From an uncultured Pseudomonadota bacterium (GTDB taxonomy: Bacteria > UBA10199 > JACPAL01): DNA of 28,305 nt. Every line of letters begins with the position of its first letter. Within the stretch, counting starts at the first letter, position 1. The translations under genes were made by a program, and so were the position numbers. The notes beneath the pieces were generated by a model. That model saw only the letters and a list, made by a program, of their open reading frames with translations, was not told the origin of the DNA and made no database searches. Below, in pieces: positions 1 to 7,062 of this stretch. The stretch is from contig CAYYFU010000001.1 of NCBI GenBank assembly GCA_964471095.1, positions 8,138 through 36,442 on the forward strand, written 5' to 3'.

Positions 1-1187
1 AGGGTCCGGCAGAGATCCGGAGTGGAATCGCTATTTGCCTCTCCCGCGTCACATTCCTCATCTCCGGCCAGTTCTCCATCACCGCAGACTGAACAGAGAT
101 CCTCCTCCGCCACCGCTGGTGGTTTGCATTCGGCGGGCAATTCGGTCTCTTTCCACGGTGTCTCGCCAAATTCCCCCACCATGGTAAATCTGACAATCCG
201 GCAACTCCCCCACGGCTGTCCGACCGCCAGCTCCACGGAGCAGGAGGTATGGATGGAGCAGATTTCCGTCCCCGATTTTGGGGACTTTCCCTTGCCAGTA
301 CTGGCGGCCGGAACGAGGACCTTGGTCTCGCCAAAATAGGCAGGGTCGATGTGATAGACGCCATTCGCATCCGGAGAAATCGGGCCGGACGAGAGCTCCC
401 CATTGGGATTGGAGATCGTCACGCTGGCGGGATTCCCATCGATGGTCACGTCGAGGGTGAGGATTTTGCAGTACGGACATGAGGCGGGATCCAACGGTTC
501 CGGTTCGACGCATTCTTCCTCCGGCGGTTCCGGCGCGGGGGCACAATCTTCTCCTACGGCATCGCCATGCTTGAGGTGTTTGTGGAGGTCGACGGAGCTC
601 TCATCGACGCAAATGAATTGGACATTGGCCGGATTGCCGGGAGGGATATGGCAAATCGCAATCTTGTGGTCTTCACAGGGAAGGGTCTGGGGATGCTTTA
701 CGGATACGTCATCTCCGTCGTGGTGATCCTCATCGCTCGTCTCGCTTTTCTTCTCGGATCTCCTTGCCGTCCTCCCACTGAAGGTTAGCTCTCCCAGATC
801 GATCGGCGCTCCCTCCGACGCAATCTCGCGTACGGTCGAACCCTCCATCATCAGGACAGCCACCACCTCGTCTTCCTTCTCGAAGGTAATCACGCAGGAT
901 TCCCCGACCGGGACCTCGAGGCTAAAACTGCAACCTTCCTCCACCGGGGTCGAAAAGGTCTCACCATCGGGGACGGTGCAGGTCACCGTATCAGCCTCAC
1001 ACCCCTGCTCCTCGGAAGGGACAGCCCCTTGGATAATCCTCAGCGCCGCCGATGCGGTGGTGGTTGCTTCACCTTCCTCAATCACACCGGTTGGCGTCAC
1101 CTCATTCCGGTCCGACGAACCACCGCAACCTGACACCATCAGGACGATCGCAACGGACCAGACCATATTTCTTAAAATAATTGTCAT
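1..1187 (-). CDS. Cys-rich modular lipoprotein (3' end runs off window); ICHIPPGNP module and Myxococcus-type cysteine-rich (CGDG..EECD) repeat
   Basis: Hand translation of the minus strand from ATG 1187 is open to base 1 (absent from the ORF track). It reads MTIILRNMVWSVAIVLMVSG|C (lipobox, Cys21 at 1125-1127)...KIAICHIPPGNPANVQFICV...ICSIHTSCS...CGDGELAGDEECDAGEANSDSTPDLCRT. Alternative start at Met8. Confidence 0.85.
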   Translation of the reverse strand, partial: MTIILRNMVWSVAIVLMVSGCGGSSDRNEVTPTGVIEEGEATTTASAALRIIQGAVPSEEQGCEADTVTCTVPDGETFSTPVEEGCSFSLEVPVGESCVITFEKEDEVVAVLMMEGSTVREIASEGAPIDLGELTFSGRTARRSEKKSETSDEDHHDGDDVSVKHPQTLPCEDHKIAICHIPPGNPANVQFICVDESSVDLHKHLKHGDAVGEDCAPAPEPPEEECVEPEPLDPASCPYCKILTLDVTIDGNPASVTISNPNGELSSGPISPDANGVYHIDPAYFGETKVLVPAASTGKGKSPKSGTEICSIHTSCSVELAVGQPWGSCRIVRFTMVGEFGETPWKETELPAECKPPAVAEEDLCSVCGDGELAGDEECDAGEANSDSTPDLCRT

Positions 1188-1338
1188 TACGGCATCTTAT
1201 TGTGAGCAATAATCAAGCCAAACTAACTTTTTAGTGTTTTTATTTATTTATTAAATAAACACTAATTATTTCAATATATTATATTGTATATACTCTGAAA
1301 ACTTTTGGAAATAGATAGCGGAAATATGTTTAATATCA

Positions 1339-1374
1339 GGAAATATAATTCCGTTTTAGGAAATTATGTTCCTA
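1339..1374. promoter_or_regulatory. Tandem GGAA-N6-TTCC inverted repeats, candidate operator in AT-rich region upstream of the lipoprotein gene
   Basis: GGAAATATAATTCC (1339-1352) and TAGGAAATTATGTTCCTA (1357-1374), 20 bp apart; partial copies at 1307 and 1320. Confidence 0.35.
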
Positions 1375-1406
1375 ACTTATAAATTTGCCTCGATTTTTCG
1401 GAATGA

Positions 1407-2510
1407 TTAAAATCGGTAAACCAGCAGGGCACGAACCACCGGTTGAAAGAAATTTCCCGAACTGATCCGTCGATAGACCCCTGCAAATTCGCCCACCAGT
1501 GAGAGTCCGGAGCCGGTAATGAATTCATAACCGACCCCGGCCCCGCCGACCCAGGAAAACTGTGTCTCGGCCCGGCGCGTCGAGAAGCCGGCGACCTGCG
1601 TCCCGCCCCCGGAACGCGCGATCGAAGGACCAACCCCGCCAAAGAGATAGGCGTCCTCCATCCAGAAATAGGAAACATGGGGGACAAAATCAAAGAAGTT
1701 AAAAATGACATCGAACTGCTTGGTGAAACTCCATTCCCCGTTCAGCGATACCAACCATTGGTCCGTGAGGCCGTATCCGCCGCGCAGATCAAGACCGATC
1801 GCCGGCCGGCGGATCTCGTTGACAAAACCGGAAACCTGGGGACCGGCCGCGGCAAAGAAACCCTTTCTCGGCTTGGCGGGGGAGTTGAACGGCTCTCCGC
1901 TGGTGGTCCATTGCGGCGTCTCTTCCTCTTGCCCAAAGCTGACCATCGGAAAAAAGGAGACCAGGAGAAAAACAAGCAAGAGGATTTTTGGCATCATCGA
2001 TTTTAAGGTTCCTTCTTGAGCGGACTCGCAGTGACAATCTTTTTTATTCAAGTTCTCTCCGCACCGCGGGCAAATTCCCTTGCAAGTCTCCTGACACAGA
2101 TACCGAATCGGGATCGAAAGCAACAAAAACTCCCGGATGATATTCGCGAGATCGATCGTCTCTCCCTCGTAAAAGGAAAAGTTGAGATCCTCCTCCACCA
2201 GCTCCCGGTCATCGCCGGCCAGTTTCTCCGGCTCCTTCCAGGGGGCGAGGACCATTTCGACAGGAACCGAGACCTGCCGGGAAAAGGGCTCCAGACAGCG
2301 GTCGCAGGTGGGGTTCAACTCCAGATCGGCATGGCCGTCGATCGAGACATTGTCACAGGTCTTGAGGAGATGGAGGTTGATGACTGCCGTGCCGTTCCGA
2401 AAATCCTCGCCATAGACCTCCTGAACCACCTGCCGGTACCAGGGATCTTTGGCGGATTTCGCCGTCAGATCAAACCCTTCGGCCGGGATGTCAAGGAGCC
2501 GGAGCTTCAT
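1407..2510 (-). CDS. yceD: DUF177/YceD-family metal-binding protein in frame with a signal-peptide-bearing outer-membrane beta-barrel (the barrel probably also starts independently at 1997)
   Basis: N-terminal ~170 aa has YceD motifs (TCDRCLEPF, IDLANIIRE, LCQETCKGICPRCGENLNKKDCHC). It continues without a stop into MMPKILLLVFLLVSFFPMVSFG (signal peptide, ATG 1997), amphipathic beta-strands and a C-terminal LLVYRF. Confidence 0.8.
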   Translation of the reverse strand: MKLRLLDIPAEGFDLTAKSAKDPWYRQVVQEVYGEDFRNGTAVINLHLLKTCDNVSIDGHADLELNPTCDRCLEPFSRQVSVPVEMVLAPWKEPEKLAGDDRELVEEDLNFSFYEGETIDLANIIREFLLLSIPIRYLCQETCKGICPRCGENLNKKDCHCESAQEGTLKSMMPKILLLVFLLVSFFPMVSFGQEEETPQWTTSGEPFNSPAKPRKGFFAAAGPQVSGFVNEIRRPAIGLDLRGGYGLTDQWLVSLNGEWSFTKQFDVIFNFFDFVPHVSYFWMEDAYLFGGVGPSIARSGGGTQVAGFSTRRAETQFSWVGGAGVGYEFITGSGLSLVGEFAGVYRRISSGNFFQPVVRALLVYRF

Positions 2511-2516
2511 CTCTTC

Positions 2517-2545
2517 AACCTAACAAAGTCACTTGCCAAACTCAA
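2517..2545 (-). promoter_or_regulatory. Candidate sigma70 promoter giving a leaderless yceD transcript
   Basis: Minus strand TTGAGT-N17-TAGGTT-N6-ATG(2510); no Shine-Dalgarno. Confidence 0.4.
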
Positions 2546-2572
2546 CTCTCTTGAACTAGCCTGCGGGCCGCC

Positions 2573-2953
2573 ATGTTGAGGGCCTTGCTCAAATCAAAGA
2601 TCCACCGGGCGCGGGTCACCAAGGCCGACCTTCATTACGAGGGGAGCATCTCGATTGACGCCGCGCTGATGAGGGCGGCCGATCTGGTCACCCACGAGCA
2701 TGTCCATGTCTGGAACGTCACCAACGGAAGGCGGTTTGAGACCTATGTGATTCCGGCGCCACGCGGCTCCGGCCAGATCCAGATCAACGGGGCGGCGGCC
2801 CACCATGCCCGCAAGGGGGATCTGGTGATCATCGCCAGCTTCGCCCATCTGTCGAACACGAAGGCAATCCGGCATCGACCGCGGGTCGTTTTTGTCGACA
2901 CGAAGAACCGGATCGTCCGCATCGCCCGCCAGAGCGGGGCTGACAGCGCCTGA
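2573..2953 (+). CDS. panD: Aspartate 1-decarboxylase
   Basis: [18 protein letters not shown]|SISID self-cleavage site, [23 protein letters not shown]; 126 aa. Confidence 0.97.
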   Translation: MLRALLKSKIHRARVTKADLHYEGSISIDAALMRAADLVTHEHVHVWNVTNGRRFETYVIPAPRGSGQIQINGAAAHHARKGDLVIIASFAHLSNTKAIRHRPRVVFVDTKNRIVRIARQSGADSA

Positions 2954-2974
2954 TCGAAGCAAAGTAAATCGTTA

Positions 2975-3001
2975 GCAACCTTTGTCCGGTCCAGCCGACA
3001 A
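2975..3001 (+). promoter_or_regulatory. Sigma28-like promoter copy 1
   Basis: GCAACCTT-N11-GCCGACAA, 26 nt upstream of ATG 3028. Confidence 0.65.
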
Positions 3002-3027
3002 GCCTGTCAGAAGGGTCGGCCATCACC

Positions 3028-3735
3028 ATGGGACTGGGTCCAGACTTTATTTCCTGCCTGCAGAGGGAGTATCAGCCGCCGCCTTCCGGCGGGGGTGACC
3101 CCCTGTTCGCGGAGACAACGGCACGGGTCAAAACGCTGAAAGGTTGCAGTCGGTTCCTCCTGCCCGGGCAGAAGGAGGAGGCGGCTGTCTGGGTCTTTTC
3201 CGGCCTCTGGCGGGATGCCCTTGAGAAGAGGGGGGTAAAGAACCTCTCCCTCCCCGAACAATCGTCAGTCGCCGCGGATATCTACTCCGGGGTCCGCGAG
3301 ACCTATTTCCACTGGCACCTCTTCCCTGCCGGCGGGGCGATCCTCGGGGCGGTCCTTACGCGCCTGCCCAGTGAGGGGCATCCGCCTATGGTACTCGGTG
3401 CAGTGGTGGGGAGTCTGTTGGGGGGGATGTACGGAATGACCGTCGAGGTCCAGGCAAGGGGGGATCTCGCCCATCTGCTTTCTCAAGACCCGGAGCAAGA
3501 GAGCCGGGCGGTTGCCGATTTTCAGACCAACGAGGCCTTTTACTCCGGCCAGCTCTGCCTATCGGCCGTTATCTCCCTCGCCGGTCTCGCTGTCCTGATA
3601 ACACGCCGGGGGTCTCGGTTGAGCCGGAGGGTTGTCTCTTCTGTCGCCGCCTTATGGGTAGTGGCCCTTGCCCCGGAGGCCCTCATCGCAAGACGGAGGG
3701 GGAAACCAACCCAGTTGATGAACATGCTGGTCTAG
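3028..3735 (+). CDS. Hypothetical membrane protein (about 4 C-terminal hydrophobic segments)
   Basis: 235-aa ORF fills the panD-lipoprotein gap; Gly-rich TM-like stretches (AGGAILGAVL, MVLGAVVGSLLGGMYG, LSAVISLAGLAVLI, VVSSVAALWVVALA); preceded by the promoter motif. Confidence 0.7.
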   Translation: MGLGPDFISCLQREYQPPPSGGGDPLFAETTARVKTLKGCSRFLLPGQKEEAAVWVFSGLWRDALEKRGVKNLSLPEQSSVAADIYSGVRETYFHWHLFPAGGAILGAVLTRLPSEGHPPMVLGAVVGSLLGGMYGMTVEVQARGDLAHLLSQDPEQESRAVADFQTNEAFYSGQLCLSAVISLAGLAVLITRRGSRLSRRVVSSVAALWVVALAPEALIARRRGKPTQLMNMLV

Positions 3736-3965
3736 AAAAGGAGCTGCTTATGTCATTTTTTAGCGAAGTTCAGGGCCACAAAAGGACCGGTACTTACGAT
3801 CGAACGGCTGATCGGGTTGCGGTAACAGTCCCGTCGGGTGATTCCGGGACGGGAGGCTGCTGGCGACAGGGATCCGTCCCGTTAGCGGGAATCACCGGAG
3901 TTTTGGGCGTTTGGGTGCCAAGTCTGTTTCGGAGGGTCGTCAGACCACCGTTGGCGCTTGGGTCC

Positions 3966-4463
3966 ATGTTGAGGATGCCGGTGCCGCTCCGGGGCCCCTG
4001 GATGGTTGGCCTGACACTCTGCCTGGCGGCGATCGGATGCGGGCAGGAGGGTAATGGGACAGGTGGGGTTCGGGGTCTCGACGGCATTGATGGCGAGACC
4101 GGTCCCGCCGGTCCAACGGGACCTCGGGGTCCTGAGGGGCCTGAGGGACCGACCGGCCCGAGCGGGGCCGTAGGGGTTTTTGATCCTGCCCTGTGTCATC
4201 TCGTGGAGGAGCAGATTTCTCTGACTTCCACTCAGGCGGTCGAGGCCTCCTGCGCCGAGGATGAATTTCTCGTGAGTGGCGGGTGTGACAACCAAGGTAA
4301 CGGCAGCTGGCTGATTGACGTCTCCATCTTTACGGACAAACCGCTGCCCGGGGGAGGAGGGACGCTCCTCGGTGGGGCCTGGAGGTGTGGGATCTCGGGT
4401 TCAACAGGGGGGTCCGGAAGCCCAACGATCACCGCCTATGCCATCTGCTGCAACTCTCCTTGA
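3966..4463 (+). CDS. Collagen-like (Gly-X-Y) lipoprotein with small Cys-containing C-terminal domain; start uncertain (3750, 3966, 3975 or 4002)
   Basis: VGLTLCLAAIG|C lipobox (Cys 4038), 13 consecutive Gly-X-Y triplets (4056-4172), then ASCAEDEFLVSGGC...WRCG...ITAYAICC. An in-frame ATG at 3750 has a good AAGGAG Shine-Dalgarno. Confidence 0.8.
   Translation: MLRMPVPLRGPWMVGLTLCLAAIGCGQEGNGTGGVRGLDGIDGETGPAGPTGPRGPEGPEGPTGPSGAVGVFDPALCHLVEEQISLTSTQAVEASCAEDEFLVSGGCDNQGNGSWLIDVSIFTDKPLPGGGGTLLGGAWRCGISGSTGGSGSPTITAYAICCNSP
4056..4172 (+). repeat. Collagen triple-helix Gly-X-Y repeat (13 triplets)
   Basis: GTG GVR GLD GID GET GPA GPT GPR GPE GPE GPT GPS GAV. Confidence 0.9.
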
Positions 4464-4515
4464 CAATCCCAAGGTACGGGGATACGGCAGAATGGGGCAT
4501 TAGGGAGGAATTCCA

Positions 4516-5028
4516 ATGAAGACAATCGCAGCTTTCTTCCTCGTCATTTCCCAAGTTTCACTGATACCGGGCGGCCCCCTCTGGGCCTCAACCCCTTCTC
4601 TGTTGCAGGAGAGTCCGGTCGTCCAGCGCCTGTCCGAAGAGGAGATGGGGAACCTCTGGGGCGGGACCTATTCCTCCCAGCTCGACATCGAGAACCCGTA
4701 CCACGACAACTCCATCAACACGACCTCCACCTTTTACTACCGAGTCAGCTACCGGTCGGTCGACGGGGATTCCGGTCAGAATCTCCGCCTGCGCATCTGG
4801 CTGGATGATTACTTGGCCCGAGATGACGTCATGACCACCAACGGCAGCTGGGCCCTGAGTGGTGAGGTCTCCGGTAACTTTTCCGGGAACCTCGTGACAA
4901 GGGACCCGACCGCCTTTGTCGCCGAAATCGTGAAGGACTACGACGGCTCCACCGATACTTATTGCGGCGATTCCGCCACAGATCGTGTCATCCTGGCTCG
5001 GGAATCGATCCTCCTGCATCCCTACTAG
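4516..5028 (+). CDS. Secreted protein with Sec signal plus double-glycine leader peptide (putative C39 substrate)
   Basis: GGAGG Shine-Dalgarno; signal peptide MKTIAAFFLVISQVSLIPGGPLWA; LSEEEMGNLWGG at residues 39-50 (4630-4665) matches L(-12)S(-11)xxE(-8)L/M(-7)xxI/L(-4)xGG; ~120-aa beta-rich mature part. Confidence 0.85.
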   Translation: MKTIAAFFLVISQVSLIPGGPLWASTPSLLQESPVVQRLSEEEMGNLWGGTYSSQLDIENPYHDNSINTTSTFYYRVSYRSVDGDSGQNLRLRIWLDDYLARDDVMTTNGSWALSGEVSGNFSGNLVTRDPTAFVAEIVKDYDGSTDTYCGDSATDRVILARESILLHPY

Positions 5029-5037
5029 GAAAAGAGA

Positions 5038-7062
5038 ATGCAGTGGCTTGCCGCCTTTTTCTCGGGGGGGATGATCCTCCTCGCACTTCCGCCGTTTGAT
5101 TTAAATAGTCTGGCCTGGTTCGCCTTCGTCCCGGTGTTGATTGCCCTCCATCGGTGCCCTTCCCGCACCCAGGCTGTCTTTCTTTCCGTTCAAACGGCAC
5201 TGATCGCGCTCGGCGGAATTTTTTATAGCGTCTGGTTTTTTTCCAAAATCTTTACCCTGGGCGGCTGGTTGGGGCTCTCCCTCCTTTTTGGGGCGGTCGG
5301 CCTTCTTTACCACCGCGCCTACCGTAACCTCTATCCGACCCTCTGGACCCCCTGGCTGGCTCCCTCGCTGTGGGTTTTGATCGAATATCTCCTCACGAGT
5401 CCCACGGTGGCACTCCCGATTAACTTTGCCGTGGCCGGGACTGCGTATCCCCGTTTGATCCAGGTCGCCTCCGTGACCGGCATCTTCGGCGTCTCCTTCA
5501 TCTTAACCGCCGGCAGCGCATCGCTCGCCTACGGTTATGACCTGATTCGAGAGAAGCGATGGCGTCCCCTCGCTGTGCACACGGTGATCCTCGGTTTCCT
5601 CTCCCTCCTCATTTTTCTTTATGGGGGCACCCGTCTCCACCGGGTCGGCGACCGTCAAAAGGCCCTTTCCTTTGCGGCGCTCCAACCGCGCGTCCCGTCC
5701 GAGATCTATCGGTACCGCTGGTTGAGGCCCGAGATCCGCCAGGGGCTGACGAACCACCTCGACCGGCTGTCGCAGACGGCCCTCTCGCAGCCCGTTGACC
5801 TGTTGATCTGGCCGGAGGGAGGCAACGGTTATTTTAACCTCCGCATTCCGAGTCTGCGGGAAAAGATTCAGCGCCTGGGGCAAAAGGGTCGGGCCGACAT
5901 TCTCCTCTCCTCTGCCGATCTGGATCAGGAATTCAGGCGGTTCAATTCGATCTTTTCGATTTCAGCTGAGGGTCGCCTGCTGGGGAGATACGACAAGAAT
6001 TACCTGACGCCGATCGGCGAATCGCAGTTCACCGCAGGAACCGGAGGCAAGCTTCTGCCGACAAGATATGGACCTTTCGGCGCGATGATCTGTTTTGAAT
6101 CCTGCTTCCCGACTTATGCCCGCCATCTGGCCAACGAGGGGGCTCAATTCCTCTTCGTCTCCTCCTCGGATGCCCCCTTCCGACGGTCGGTCCTCCCCCT
6201 CCTCCACGCCCGCGTGGCCCAGTTCCGGGCGATTGAAACCGGCCGATTCCTGATCCGGGCTGCCAACACCGGCCCCTCCTTTGCGGTGGATCCGGCAGGG
6301 CGCATCACGACCCACTTGAATTTTTACGAGGAAGGTGTCCTGATGGGCGCGGTCGAGCCACGAAATGAGCGGACGCCCTACATGCGCTTTGGCGATTGGC
6401 TGGTCGTTGTTTCCCTCGTGTGGGTCGGCGGAGGGCTGTATCCGTTGAGAAAAGTGCCTCCTCCCGCCCTGTCCGCCGGAAGAGCCCCGTGGAGAGGTGT
6501 CGTTTGGCAGACGGCGGGCGCTTGCGGCATGGCAGTCCTGATGGCCGGTTCAAGCTCCTTGGCGGTCCATTATCAGACGCGGGAGACAACCGGGTCCTTC
6601 GCCAGCCTCTCGGAAAACGCCCTGAGGTCAGGGGAGCCGGTGACGGCGGTCTTCGAGCAAAGGAAGAGTCATACCTGCGGCCTCGAGTCCTTGGCCTATG
6701 TGATGAGTTACCTCGGTGAGGAGGTCTCGTCGGCGGCCCTCGAGAAAAAAGTTTCTCTCACCCCTCAGGGTCTCCCGATGAGCGAGTTGGCCCGGCTGGC
6801 CCGAGAGACCGGTTTCACCGCCGTGGGGGAGAAGCGGAACTACCGGGCCCTGATCGATGCACCCAAACCGCTGATCGCCCACATCCGGGACGATCACTAT
6901 GTCGTGATTGTCGAGAGCGATCGCAGGAGCGTCACGTTGTTCGATCCCGCAAGATCCCGGGAGGGGTTCCTTCGCGTCCCGGCGGCCGGTTTCCAAAAAT
7001 TCTGGCGGGGGAATCTCCTCAGGATCGGAACCAAGGAAATCCCAAAAGAGGTGTCCTCATGA
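5038..7062 (+). CDS. lnt: Apolipoprotein N-acyltransferase (Lnt)-like protein fused to a C-terminal C39 cysteine peptidase domain
   Basis: N-terminal TM bundle; nitrilase-fold triad WPE260G, YDK320NYLTPIGE, IC352FES, RAIETGRFLIRAANTG. After two more hydrophobic segments comes a C39 domain: QRKSHTC547G, DH620YVVI, LFD636PA. Confidence 0.9.
   Translation: MQWLAAFFSGGMILLALPPFDLNSLAWFAFVPVLIALHRCPSRTQAVFLSVQTALIALGGIFYSVWFFSKIFTLGGWLGLSLLFGAVGLLYHRAYRNLYPTLWTPWLAPSLWVLIEYLLTSPTVALPINFAVAGTAYPRLIQVASVTGIFGVSFILTAGSASLAYGYDLIREKRWRPLAVHTVILGFLSLLIFLYGGTRLHRVGDRQKALSFAALQPRVPSEIYRYRWLRPEIRQGLTNHLDRLSQTALSQPVDLLIWPEGGNGYFNLRIPSLREKIQRLGQKGRADILLSSADLDQEFRRFNSIFSISAEGRLLGRYDKNYLTPIGESQFTAGTGGKLLPTRYGPFGAMICFESCFPTYARHLANEGAQFLFVSSSDAPFRRSVLPLLHARVAQFRAIETGRFLIRAANTGPSFAVDPAGRITTHLNFYEEGVLMGAVEPRNERTPYMRFGDWLVVVSLVWVGGGLYPLRKVPPPALSAGRAPWRGVVWQTAGACGMAVLMAGSSSLAVHYQTRETTGSFASLSENALRSGEPVTAVFEQRKSHTCGLESLAYVMSYLGEEVSSAALEKKVSLTPQGLPMSELARLARETGFTAVGEKRNYRALIDAPKPLIAHIRDDHYVVIVESDRRSVTLFDPARSREGFLRVPAAGFQKFWRGNLLRIGTKEIPKEVSS

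Noticed and set aside
1125-1151. GCAACCTG inside the lipoprotein gene
   Set aside because: No -10 match at 11 nt; intragenic and antisense.
1243-1286. TTTATTT-ATT-AAATAAA and CAATAT-ATT-ATATTG inverted repeats
   Set aside because: Low-complexity AT-rich sequence; expected by chance.
4460-4488. Perfect TTGACA before the GG-leader gene
   Set aside because: The hexamer 17 nt downstream is TACGGC, lacking the conserved final T; not enough for a promoter call.
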